A stretch of 64,000 nucleotides of DNA from an uncultured Rikenellaceae bacterium (lineage in GTDB: Bacteria > Bacteroidota > Bacteroidia > Bacteroidales > Rikenellaceae), in the NCBI GenBank assembly GCA_949287525.1, contig CASEGL010000006.1, forward strand, positions 13,795-77,794. Direction: 5' to 3'. The notes beneath the pieces are model-generated. The model had not been told where the DNA came from and made no database searches. It was given only the letters and a program-made list of their open reading frames with translations. The translations under genes and the position numbers were made by a program. Below, one piece after another: positions 19,863 to 28,975 of the stretch; within the stretch, counting starts at the first letter, position 1; each line of letters begins with the position of its first letter.

Positions 19863-20326
19863 TCACAGCACCACGCCGCCGGCGATGGAAGTGCGGCGCC
19901 GCACGTCGCCCGCCGGATCGTATTCGGGATAGGCTGCCGGATCGGACGCCAGCTGCCGGCACGCCGCATCGAGCAGCGTCGCCGCATCGCGCCGCACCCG
20001 CCGGCTCCACGCCGCAACATCCCCGCCCGAGGCGGCGTCGAAGGTCTCGCCTCCGTAACGCACCACACCGGCCGCCCCCACCCGCAGCGCGAGCGACGGC
20101 AGCACGGCCGCCTTCACGAAAAGCGCCAGAGCCGGCTTCAGCCATTCATCCGCCAGTTCGGCATAACGCCCCCCAGCACCGCCCCGTATATCGCCCGGCC
20201 GAGCGCCGGCGCCAGATGGCGCAGCTGGGCGGAACGGATATCCTCCTCGCAGAGACTCCCCTCCGGCAGCTCCGCATTGCCGAAAGCCTGTTGCACGACT
20301 TCGGCGACAGTCATCATGGTTTCCAT
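19863..20326 (-). pseudogene. phage small structural protein (possible head-tail connector/adaptor), split by a frame change in a C6 run
   Basis: ORF 20138-20326 (METMMTVAEVVQQAFGNAELPEGSLCEEDIRSAQLRHLAPALGRAIYGAVLGG...) continues smoothly in another frame as ...RYAELADEWLKPALALFVKAAVLPSLALRVGAAGVV... (ORF 19863-20117). The switch falls at the CCCCCC run 20169-20174. The functional label is a guess from size and position. Confidence 0.4.
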
Positions 20327-20401
20327 AAGCTATCTCATTTCAAAAACGGCCGGCCGCCGGAAAACTGCGGCGGCCGGCTCCGGTTTCTCCGCCGTGCGCC
20401 G

Positions 20402-21632
20402 TCAGTCGATGTTGCGCATGGCATACTTGGTGATCTGGGCGACAAACAGCTGCTGCCGTTCGTCTTCGGGATCATAGTCGAGTCCGTCGGCCCGACGCGC
20501 CTCCCAGACCTTCATGTAGAGCGGCTTGCTACGGGTCGGAGGACGGTTCACCACCGCCAGCGACGAGCAGTCCTCACCGAACACCTGCCCCATAAGGGCG
20601 CGCAGCGGATCGATCAGTTCGGCCTGCTCGGCCAGAATCACCGTATTGAGCGCGATCTCGTATTCGTGCAGGATACGCTCGGCGTTGAATCCCGACGCAT
20701 AGTCGAGGCCGCTGAGCGACCGGAACCACGAGTGGGCCACCACAATGTCGGCCGTGGCCTGTTCATGGAGGTCTTTCCAGTCGCCGTCGTTGGCCGACGT
20801 GATGGGGATGTAGCGCGAGCTGTCGCCCTCCTCGCAATCCTTAATCATGAACATCACCTATCCGGGACGGCCGGCAAACTTCCGCTCGGCGCGGCGTGCC
20901 AGCTCTTCGGCCTGCTGCTCGCTGTCCACACCGCCGTCGAGCAGCATGACGCCCGACATCTGGAACGAATTCTCCAGCCGGCTGATATTCCAGCGGTCCG
21001 TCTTGTAGGTAATGGCCGACAACATTCATGCCGGCAATGTAGGCCGGCACGCCGTAGTGGCTGAAAGTCGGCTCATAATCCTTGTAATGGATCACGGCAT
21101 GCAGCAATCCGTCCGCCCCGCGCTCCGTGAGGGGCCACAGCGGCAGCGAACGGACGCCTTCCTTCGAGAAACGGCACCAGTCGCCGTGCAGCAGCACGTG
21201 CCGGTTGTCGCGCGCCAGGCGACACATCGAGGCATCCTGATGGAACAGCGAGAGGAAGGTCCCCTCCTCGTCGGTCACGATCTCCACGAAGGCATTGCCG
21301 AAGAGCATCTTGTCGAACGCCAGTTTGCGGAACACCTGCCGCAGGGTTTCGCCGTCGCGGTTGGCGTGGGCGACGAAAGCAGCCAGCCGCGGCAATCCTT
21401 CGCCGAAAGAGAACCCTTTTCCTGCGATATAATCGGCCTTGTCATTGACGATGCGCCGATGGGTCACGCTCCTGCGGAACATTTCTGCCAGGGCAAGCGG
21501 AAACAGGTTGTCGTCGCCCCACCGCCAGCAGGCAGCCGCATCGCCCGTGCGCGGCGAGGCACGGAAAAGGTCCCGCCGCTCGCCGCGCGGCGTAAACAGT
21601 TTCGGTACATAATGCACCCTGTCTTTCTGCAT
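20402..21632 (-). pseudogene. phage portal protein, disrupted (one frame change near 21010-21030 and an in-frame TAG at 20858-20860)
   Basis: Portal-like sequence MQKDRVHYVPKLF...HYKDYEPTFSHYGVPAYIAGMNV continues after a frame switch as AITYKTDRWNISRLENSFQMSGVMLLDGGVDSEQQAEELARRAERKFAGRPG. A TAG follows, then the same frame continues VMFMIKDCEEGDSSRYIPITSANDGDWKDLHEQATADIVVAHSWFRSLSG... Confidence 0.75.
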
Positions 21633-21648
21633 ATTGCGATTGTTTCGG

Positions 21649-22182
21649 TTACACCAAATTTTCCATATTTCCCGCGAAGGGACGGGAACACGCCACATCG
21701 TTCGCCTGCAACGTCACCCGCACGACGGGATCCTCGGCATAACGGGTACAGGTGTCGATTTCGGCAGCCGCCAGCCTAAGCGGCCGTTCCGCGCCGAATT
21801 CGACCGACCGTCCGACCAGCACGACTTCGCCGGAGAGCAACAGTACCAAAGCCACCATGCCCCGTTCGTCGAGTTTCCGCAGCCATTCGACCACGGCAGC
21901 CGCCTCGCCGTTCGCAACGGGCAGCACCCACGACACCTCGTGGCGGATGTACCACAACCCGTACCTGCCCTGCAGGCGCTGCGCATAGCTTGCCTCGTCC
22001 TCGCCCACGGCATACGGCACGAAACGGCCGCCTTCCCGCATGGCGATCTCGGTCCAGCAGGCAGCCTGCTCGTCGTACCGGCAGTCGGCCACATCATCGG
22101 CCGCAGCCAGCCACACCGCCTCCACACCGCCGGCCGGAAAGGCCTTGCCCTGCATGTCGCCGCCGTTGTTCGTCCGTTCCAT
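21649..22182 (-). CDS. phage-block hypothetical protein (177 aa)
   Basis: ATG 22182 lies 2 nt after the capsid stop, giving MERTNNGGDMQGKAFPAGGVEAVWLAAADD... Tight packing within the structural block. No family recognised. Confidence 0.5.
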   Translation of the reverse strand: MERTNNGGDMQGKAFPAGGVEAVWLAAADDVADCRYDEQAACWTEIAMREGGRFVPYAVGEDEASYAQRLQGRYGLWYIRHEVSWVLPVANGEAAAVVEWLRKLDERGMVALVLLLSGEVVLVGRSVEFGAERPLRLAAAEIDTCTRYAEDPVVRVTLQANDVACSRPFAGNMENLV

Positions 22183-22184
22183 CA

Positions 22185-23156
22185 CTACTCCATATAAGCC
22201 AACGAGATGAGTTCCGGCAGCAGGTAGTCGCAACCGGCCATAAACACGGCGCGCTGACGGTTTTCCATCAAGTCGGGATTATACCACATGCGCACTTCCG
22301 TACCGGGGAACTCGCCCGCACTGAGCGCCAGCGCCAGGTTGCGGCGGTCGGTCAGCAGGATGAACGAAACGCCCAGATCGATATGATTGACCAGATGTTC
22401 GGAAATCTTCATATCGACCAACGGAATGCCGCGGTAGGTCAGCGACTCATGGCCGTTCTGCTTGGCCAGATAGGCCGCCTCAAGCGACGGTGTTTCGAGG
22501 CTCTCCTCGTATGCGGCATATACGTCCGAGGACACGAAAAAGACCAACTGCCCCTCCGAACGCAAATCCTTCAGCGCGATCGACGCGTTGTCCCACACGG
22601 TACGCAGACGCGTTTCGGCCGTCGAGGCGTCGATCGCTGCATATTTCTCTGCCACAATACCTTGCGAAGCAATGTCTGACTTGATCCGGTGCAGCAGACC
22701 GTCGAACGTATTGAGTCCGTTCTCGCGATCGCTCTTGCCGAGCCACATCGTGGCTCGGATACTCTCGGCAATGGCCTCGCGGAAAAGCGCCGTTTCGGCC
22801 TCCTCAAGCACGGTGCCGGTCAGATCCTCGGTCGATCCGATCGCAGCGCGGGCCATGCTGTCATAGACGAGCGAGAAATACTCGTCGGCCGAGTAGCCGA
22901 TCTCGGCCTTCACGCGCTGCAGTTCGATCGTCTTGCGCATGCGTTCGGGAGACGTCGAGCCTTTCCATCCCGCGCTGGTATATTTGTGCAGCACATCGTC
23001 CGGACGGCGCCAGAAATGAAGCGTAACGGGAGCCGGCATATTGTACAGCACCCTCACGCCGAGGTCGGCGGCATGCTCTCCCTGCAACATGGGGCGGAAA
23101 AAGATCGTTTCCAGTTCCTTGCCCAGATAACTCTTGGTGTTTTCGATTCTGTTCAT
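22185..23156 (-). CDS. putative phage major capsid protein
   Basis: Intact 323-aa ORF immediately downstream of the protease/scaffold gene, the position and size typical of a major capsid protein: MNRIENTKSYLGKELETIFFRPMLQGEHAADLGVRVLYNMPAPVTLHFW...MWYNPDLMENRQRAVFMAGCDYL. The assignment is positional, not motif-proven. Confidence 0.55.
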   Translation of the reverse strand: MNRIENTKSYLGKELETIFFRPMLQGEHAADLGVRVLYNMPAPVTLHFWRRPDDVLHKYTSAGWKGSTSPERMRKTIELQRVKAEIGYSADEYFSLVYDSMARAAIGSTEDLTGTVLEEAETALFREAIAESIRATMWLGKSDRENGLNTFDGLLHRIKSDIASQGIVAEKYAAIDASTAETRLRTVWDNASIALKDLRSEGQLVFFVSSDVYAAYEESLETPSLEAAYLAKQNGHESLTYRGIPLVDMKISEHLVNHIDLGVSFILLTDRRNLALALSAGEFPGTEVRMWYNPDLMENRQRAVFMAGCDYLLPELISLAYME

Positions 23157-23195
23157 AACCGTTTTTGTTTTTTAATTGGTTTACCGCACACCGGA

Positions 23196-24193
23196 TCATT
23201 CCACTCCGATCCGGTCGCGCATATTCATCGCGTCTTGCATATAGGCGGCCTCGTTGGGCGACAGCACCGGCCGCTCTTCCGGCGAAGGATCCTCCCCGCC
23301 GCCACTTCGGTACGGCAGGCAGCCTGCTGGGCTCTCCGCAGACGGGTCGCCTCCTCCTGTGCGTCCGACACCCTGCGAACCGCCGCTTCGACAGACGGGA
23401 CAGCCCGCTCCGTCCCCGCACCGCCCTCTTTCCGGACACCCGCCGTCCGCCAGCGCTCCCAACTCTCCCGCCAGCGCCGCCAGCACCTGCCCCTGGCAGA
23501 GAAGCCGTCCGGCGGCGGGGTCATACCCAGCAGGCGGCACATCGCCAGCACCTCCTCGCCGGCCGGCACATGTCCGGTCACTTCGCCGGCAATGATCCGG
23601 TCGGCCAACCCGCAGGCCACCGCCTCGCGGGGCGTCAGCCAGCGTCCCCGCCCGTCATTCTCGTTCATCAGCGCCGCGAGGCGTTCCGCCGGTCTGCCCG
23701 ACCGTTCGGCATAGAGGGCCGCCAGCCGTTCGTCGGTGCGGTCGAGCAGTTCCTTGACGGCCGTCAGCGAACGGGCATTTCCCTCGGCAGCGCTTTCCGA
23801 ACAATGGATCAGATACAGCGCATGGGCCGAGATTTCGCGACACCCCTCCGACGCAGCCTGAGCGATGAGGGTGGCCGCCAACGCCGTATAGCCGTAACAG
23901 CGGGTCACGACACGGGCGTCGAGCGAACGCAGCGCCTCGTAGATCAGCAGTGCATCCTGCACATCGCCGCCCGTCGAGCGGATATTGACCACTACCTCGG
24001 GTGCGGCGACCGCCCGAATCCGGTCGAGCGCCTCCATGAAACGGGCATAGGTCATTCCCTGCACCGTTCCGTCGTCGGGCAGCTGCTCCGGCCGTCCGAT
24101 CACCCCGACGATGTCGATCACCGCCTCCCGGGCATCGTCCCGCACGCCGATCCGCGTTGCCGTCCCGATTGTTGTTTCCGTTTTTCCGTTCAT
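23196..24193 (-). pseudogene. ClpP-like prohead protease fused to a scaffold-like tail; C-terminal third shows frame changes at G runs
   Basis: NIRSTGGDVQDALLIYEALRSLDARVVTRCYGYTALAATLIAQAASEGCREISAHALYLIHCSE resembles the ClpP/S14 core INSPGG...IYD...G.AAS...MIHQP. The most natural reading of the C-terminal part alternates between two frames: QVLAALAGELGALADGG, then VRKEGGAGTERAVPSVEAAVRRVSDAQEEATRLRRAQQAA, then EDPSPEERPVLSPNEAAYMQDAMNMRDRIGVE ending at 23196. The ATG at 24193 overlaps the upstream stop as ATGA. Confidence 0.6.
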
Positions 24194-24486
24194 TCCAGAT
24201 TGATCTCTTTGTAGTAATACATGCACTTGCGTACATACTCATACGAACAGCAGAAGCGTTCCGCCGCATCGTACATGGCCTCCACCTTCTTCATGCCGTC
24301 GCGCACCCGGCGCTCGACATACCGCCTCACCACCATCACCTTGCACCTCACCGGATCGACCACCCCCATACGGATCAGCCGCTCCACGAGCCGTGCCACG
24401 CAGGCCGCCTCGTCCGGATAGAGCCGACATAGCGCCCCGATCAGACAACGGTCATATACGGTCAGCCCCTTACAGTCCTTTTCCAT
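24190..24486 (-). CDS. phage-block small protein (98 aa), possible DNA-binding
   Basis: Reads MEKDCKGLTVYDRCLIGALCRLYPDEAACVARLVERLIRMG...KKVEAMYDAAERFCCSYEYVRKCMYYYKEINLE. An ATGA stop/start overlap with the protease gene suggests translational coupling. Function not recognised. Confidence 0.45.
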   Translation of the reverse strand: MEKDCKGLTVYDRCLIGALCRLYPDEAACVARLVERLIRMGVVDPVRCKVMVVRRYVERRVRDGMKKVEAMYDAAERFCCSYEYVRKCMYYYKEINLE

Positions 24487-24528
24487 TACTCATACCGTTT
24501 TTCCTGTTGCACACAATACCCCAACCTT

Positions 24529-24816
24529 TCAGAAGTAGGACTCCTCGACCGCCTCCCGCACCTGGCGCTGCGCCTGCGTGATCTCCTCCTCGGCCACATA
24601 GACCTGCATGCCGCTCAGGATGTCGCACACGATCCGCACCACATCGGCCGCGGTCACGGGCGTACGGTCATCGTAGCCCTCCTCCGCACCGGACAGCCGC
24701 ACGGTCCCGCCTGCTGTCCGGGCGGCCGTCGTCACCACCGCACGCACGGCGGGCAAGGCAAACGACCTCCCTGACGAACCGCCCGCTGGCGATCCGTCCT
24801 GTTGTTTTCTCTCCAT
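24529..24816 (-). CDS. phage-block small protein (95 aa)
   Basis: ATG 24816 gives MERKQQDGSPAGGSSGRSF...VVRIVCDILSGMQVYVAEEEITQAQRQVREAVEESYF, 28 nt after the stop of the 785-aa gene. Confidence 0.4.
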   Translation of the reverse strand: MERKQQDGSPAGGSSGRSFALPAVRAVVTTAARTAGGTVRLSGAEEGYDDRTPVTAADVVRIVCDILSGMQVYVAEEEITQAQRQVREAVEESYF

Positions 24817-24844
24817 CGTTTCGTTCCGAATTTCGGGGACCGTC

Positions 24845-27202
24845 TCAGACGATCCGCGTGAATACACATTTGGTCGACACCGCTCCGGGCGTATAGTCGC
24901 ACACCTCCTCCAGCCGCCAGTCGCTCCGCTCACCGTCGATCCGCAGCCGGAACCGCGCCCTGAAATCGCGCATCAACCCATCGGGACGACTCAACGTCTC
25001 GATGTCGTCGGTTCCGAGCCGGATCCAGGCCTCCAGCCTCACCCCGTCGCGATACGCATCCACCACGCCGTCCCACCACACATGCAGTCCCGACCGGCCG
25101 TCCCGATCCGCATAGCCAAGCGTAAATCCGACCGCCGGATCCGGATTATGGAAAGCGATCGATGGATAGTCCGTTCCATACGACGGCCACTCCCAGCATT
25201 CGCCATCCGGCAGTCCGACCATGCCGGCATAGCGCACCACTTTGGCCGGGAAGTTCAGCGATCCGTCGTCGTCCGTCTCCGAACCGGCAGCGACCAGCCG
25301 TGCCGAGGCGGCCGACAGTCCTGTTTCGTCTGTCTCCACCGACGGGGTAAAGAGTGTATTGACATACCGCTTTGCCTCACCTTCCTGCCAGGGATTGCCG
25401 ATCGAAATGCTCCAGCTTCCCAGACGGCCTCCGTTGCGCCGGTTGAAGTCGGCCGTAGCCGTATCGCCGTCCCGATACTCCCATGTCAGCGTATCGGGCG
25501 TATCGGAACGCAGATCCGCCACTTTCAGCGGGTGCGACCAGTCCAGCCGGTCGCTCCAATCGACCACGACATCGTCACGATAAAAGTCGCGACGGGGTTC
25601 GGCATAGACGGTATGCGACAACTCGTCGGTGTAGAAACAGAGTCCGAACATCTCTCGCACGGCCTGCACGACCTCCATGCGGCTGATGTCGTGAGCCGCC
25701 ACCTCGGCGAAGGTCACCCGATCCCCCAAGGTCGGATGAGGCAGGAAAATCGGGCGTACCGTTGCTTCCACCAGACAGAACGACATTCCCTCGGCCGCTC
25801 CGGCAAAGTAGAGCGTATCGAAATATTTGGGACGTCCGACCGACAACTCTTCCCTGCCGCTGCGCAAGGACACCTCCACCATCATGTTTCCCGTCTCGGC
25901 GACATACCCGTCATACAGTCCCCACTCGCCGCTGTAGGCCACAAACTCACCGGTCGCATCGACCCGCTTTTCGACGCGCAGGTTCGCATAGGCTCCCGTT
26001 TCCGTTACCGCCACCTGTACCGTCCGGCTTGCCAGCTGCGCCAGCACGACCTCCTCCGTCACACCGCCGGCCGTACGTTCAGCCACCAGCCGATACGTTT
26101 CTCCCTGCACGAATCCGAAGACAATCCACATGAACGTCTTGTTCGCCTTGAACTCCTCACGCCGATCGGGAAACGGATTGGTCAGGTTGCACGCATAGAT
26201 CCGTCCTCCCCCCAAATACACCCGATCGAATCCGCTCAACCGGCTCCGGCTCTCCATGCGGTAATCGGTGAGATAGCGCAATCGGTACTCGAACCCCACC
26301 GACACCGTCTCCGTCGGCGTGAACACCGCCCGCCCCTGTTCGATTGCGAAACAGCCCCCGTTGTCGAACAGGTTCTCCGCCCTTCCCTCGATCGGCTGGA
26401 CGGTATCGACCAGGTTGCCGACCGAATTGACCGTCCGCAACGGATCGGCATAGACGAAGCCCGACTCATCCGCTTTCGCAACAGCCGGTTCGCCCCGTGC
26501 GGCACGGAAGTCCATCCGCTGCCTCAGGCGGGACACGTCCCGTTCGGAATAATTACCGCTCATGTAGAGCGAACCGAAATAGTCGCCATCGATGAAACGC
26601 GACTCCAATACATACCCCGCCTCCTCGAAAATGGCATGCAGCACATCGCGCAGCCGGATGAAGGGATGGTAGTCCTCGGTCGTCAGCACACGCAGCACCC
26701 GCACCGCGTCGGACACCGCAAGCGCCGGAGCGACACGGCTGAGCCGATGCACCGGAAACCACTTCACCACAGCATCCGAAGTCCAGCTTTGGGCGATCAT
26801 ACCGGCGCCGAACATCTCTGCGTAATCGGGAAAGAGGGTGGACAAACGGTTGCGTGCGGCATGATCGGCCCATTTCTTGCCCGTACCGACGATGCGGAAG
26901 GCATAGCGCCCGCCCCCATCCGCCTTTTCGCAATCGGTCAGGCGAATGTCTCCGTCCAGTATCACGCACCCGTCATGTTCGATTCGGGCGGCATGGCGGC
27001 GGAAATTGAACCGGTCGGCTGCGGCTATCTGGTCGCAATCCCCCATCAGCCGGCGATTGGCGGCCGTCATGGGGATCGTCACGTTTTTCGTATAGCCCGT
27101 CCGGCCGTATTCGGGATCGGTGACCGAGGCCACCGACAGCGTCACACTGACGATCGAACGCTCATCCAGATCGGCCCGCTGATTATCGATAAACAATTCC
27201 AT
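24845..27202 (-). CDS. large phage structural protein (about 785 aa; candidate tail/receptor-binding protein)
   Basis: Intact long ORF, MELFIDNQRADLDERSIVSVTLSVASVTDPEYGRTGYTKNVTIPMTAANRRLMG... The alternative ATG at 27217 would overlap the upstream stop. It is the only large protein in the block, and its role is inferred from size and context. Confidence 0.45.
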   Translation of the reverse strand: MELFIDNQRADLDERSIVSVTLSVASVTDPEYGRTGYTKNVTIPMTAANRRLMGDCDQIAAADRFNFRRHAARIEHDGCVILDGDIRLTDCEKADGGGRYAFRIVGTGKKWADHAARNRLSTLFPDYAEMFGAGMIAQSWTSDAVVKWFPVHRLSRVAPALAVSDAVRVLRVLTTEDYHPFIRLRDVLHAIFEEAGYVLESRFIDGDYFGSLYMSGNYSERDVSRLRQRMDFRAARGEPAVAKADESGFVYADPLRTVNSVGNLVDTVQPIEGRAENLFDNGGCFAIEQGRAVFTPTETVSVGFEYRLRYLTDYRMESRSRLSGFDRVYLGGGRIYACNLTNPFPDRREEFKANKTFMWIVFGFVQGETYRLVAERTAGGVTEEVVLAQLASRTVQVAVTETGAYANLRVEKRVDATGEFVAYSGEWGLYDGYVAETGNMMVEVSLRSGREELSVGRPKYFDTLYFAGAAEGMSFCLVEATVRPIFLPHPTLGDRVTFAEVAAHDISRMEVVQAVREMFGLCFYTDELSHTVYAEPRRDFYRDDVVVDWSDRLDWSHPLKVADLRSDTPDTLTWEYRDGDTATADFNRRNGGRLGSWSISIGNPWQEGEAKRYVNTLFTPSVETDETGLSAASARLVAAGSETDDDGSLNFPAKVVRYAGMVGLPDGECWEWPSYGTDYPSIAFHNPDPAVGFTLGYADRDGRSGLHVWWDGVVDAYRDGVRLEAWIRLGTDDIETLSRPDGLMRDFRARFRLRIDGERSDWRLEEVCDYTPGAVSTKCVFTRIV

Positions 27203-27207
27203 ACGCA

Positions 27208-27705
27208 CTAAAAACATTGACAAACACGCACAGCCTTATCCTGTACGGTGAAAGTCACCGCATCGGGATTTTCCGTCTGCCTCCACTCCATCGTCATTCC
27301 GTCCACGACAACCGGCACGGCCGTTTCCCCGTCGAACCGCCAGACCAGGGGAGCTGCCGCCATCTCGGCAATTCCCTCCAGCCAACCGGCCGGAAGATAA
27401 CCCGAAGAGAAGGTTTGCCGCCTTGTACAACCGGTCACCATGGCATCGTTTCCCTCCTTGCCGACATAGGTTTCCTTGGAGACGGCGATCCGTTCGCCCG
27501 TCGAGGGCGCAAACGTATGACAATCGCATCCGCCGACCGTATTGAACCAGCAGAAGCGAACCGATCCGGCCGGCCGCTCCACAATCCGGTAACGGATACG
27601 GGCCACTTCGTTGCCGGCTACATGCGCTGTCACGGTCACCGCCGACATGGAAGCCGTCTCCACGCCGGCCTCTTCGAGCCGCTGTTTCAGGTCGCCCATC
27701 ACCAC
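27208..27705 (-). CDS. phage-block hypothetical protein (165 aa; GTG 27705 or ATG 27699)
   Basis: Reads VVMGDLKQRLEEAGVETASMSAVTVTAHVAGNEVARIRYRIVERPAGSVRFCWFNTVGG... It is in the same frame as the upstream ORF, separated only by TAG 27736-27738 plus 10 sense codons. Confidence 0.45.
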   Translation of the reverse strand: MVMGDLKQRLEEAGVETASMSAVTVTAHVAGNEVARIRYRIVERPAGSVRFCWFNTVGGCDCHTFAPSTGERIAVSKETYVGKEGNDAMVTGCTRRQTFSSGYLPAGWLEGIAEMAAAPLVWRFDGETAVPVVVDGMTMEWRQTENPDAVTFTVQDKAVRVCQCF

Positions 27706-27735
27706 GGCGAGTGTCTCGATGCCGCGCTGTACGGT

Positions 27736-28221
27736 CTACGCCTCCGACTGGAACGCATGCCCGCCGCCCCCTTCGACCGTCCAGCCGTACGTCATGCTGC
27801 AATCGGGGACGGACAGCGACACCTCGTCACGCTCCTCCCAGGCAATCGTCCGCTCGACGGGCAGCACGGTGAGCAGTTCATATAATGCCAACCGGCGCAC
27901 CGCTCCGGTGAAGGTTCGTGCAGCCGACAGCGTATCCCCGCACCGGACAGCCACCATCACCGACCGTCCCTGTTCCGCAAACAGGCCGGTTCGGCCGGCC
28001 GCCGCCGGTTGGGGAGCCAGACAGCGGCGCAAATAAGCGGATACATTGATCCGCTCCGTATCCCCGCCGCGCAGCAACTTTGCTCCTACGGGACTATCCC
28101 CTCCGGCCGTAAACAGTTCTGCAATAGCGGTTTGCCCCTCATTCAGCCCCGACACGCCGTACATCTGTTCGCCGAATACGGATCCGAAATCCGCCGGCAC
28201 TTCCGAAAACACTACTGCCAT
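27736..28221 (-). CDS. phage-block hypothetical protein (161 aa)
   Basis: Reads MAVVFSEVPADFGSVFGEQMYGVSGLNEGQTAIAELFTAGG...GGGGHAFQSEA and ends at a TAG that is in frame with the next ORF. Confidence 0.45.
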   Translation of the reverse strand: MAVVFSEVPADFGSVFGEQMYGVSGLNEGQTAIAELFTAGGDSPVGAKLLRGGDTERINVSAYLRRCLAPQPAAAGRTGLFAEQGRSVMVAVRCGDTLSAARTFTGAVRRLALYELLTVLPVERTIAWEERDEVSLSVPDCSMTYGWTVEGGGGHAFQSEA

Positions 28222-28226
28222 ACGCG

Positions 28227-28631
28227 TTATGCATTACGATAACAAACAACCACTTCGCATTCGGCCGTCACCGAAACCGCCTCGCGCAGGAGTACCGGCT
28301 GCACATCGGGCGTCACTTTCACCTCCCTGACATCGCGTATCTCCTCCTCCCGGCCGAGCATCGCGAACAACGTTGCGGCATCGTTTTCCAACTGCTGCCA
28401 AACCGTCTCCGCCTCTCCAGCGGGACAGGCCGCCACCAACCTCACCCGCACCCCGTAAGTATCACGATGTTCCCGACGCCCCGTAGCCTGTTTGAAGCGC
28501 ATCGGCGTCACCCACACGGCCGGCAGCGCTTCGGTACGGGGCGCACTCCGCTCCTCCGTCCCCGCATGGAAACGATAACCAAGCGACACCGCAATCCGCT
28601 CCAATGCGTTCAGCACAATGATTCTTTTCAT
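28227..28631 (-). CDS. phage-block hypothetical protein (134 aa), first gene of the structural block
   Basis: Reads MKRIIVLNALERIAVSLGYRFHAGTEERSAPRTEALPAVWVTPMRFKQATGRREHRDTYGVRVRLVAAC... The size and basic/acidic pattern resemble small head-tail adaptor proteins, but this is not proven. Confidence 0.45.
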   Translation of the reverse strand: MKRIIVLNALERIAVSLGYRFHAGTEERSAPRTEALPAVWVTPMRFKQATGRREHRDTYGVRVRLVAACPAGEAETVWQQLENDAATLFAMLGREEEIRDVREVKVTPDVQPVLLREAVSVTAECEVVVCYRNA

Positions 28632-28731
28632 ACCAGATCAATAATTTAATTTCACCCTTCTTTTCAAGAAGACCGTCCACGCGACAGCCTACAAGCCATA
28701 ACCGCCGTATCCGTCTCTCTTTCCGACAGTG

Positions 28732-28739
28732 CAAAGATA
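28732..28739 (-). promoter_or_regulatory. -7 box (TATCTTTG) about 100 nt upstream of the structural block
   Basis: The minus strand reads GATTTTGTGCTTGCGCGCAATTATCTTTGCACTG inside an AT-rich stretch. TAnnTTTG is matched. The nearest TTTG is only 14 nt upstream, which is a suboptimal spacing. Confidence 0.3.
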
Positions 28740-28975
28740 ATTGCGCGCAAGCACAAAATCAATACCTGAACTAATTTATTTCAATTTTTGCAATTAATGG
28801 ATTCCATCCGCACGATACCGGCAGAAACGCCACACCCCACAGCGCCCTTGCCATACGCAGCATCCGCCCGCCCGTCAGTCGGAAGAGACATGTACCGCGA
28901 CACAACGGCATACACCGCCTGCCGGATTACCCTGAGAGCTATCCGGACGGTTGCGGTTCGAAAGCAAGAAAAAAA

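Noticed and set aside
28955-28962. GGTTCGAA, a tRNA T-loop-like word; checked as a possible (suppressor) tRNA next to the phage block
   Set aside because: The flanking bases do not form a T stem (TGCGG versus GCAAG), and no acceptor, D or anticodon arms can be drawn. I found no tRNA anywhere in the window.
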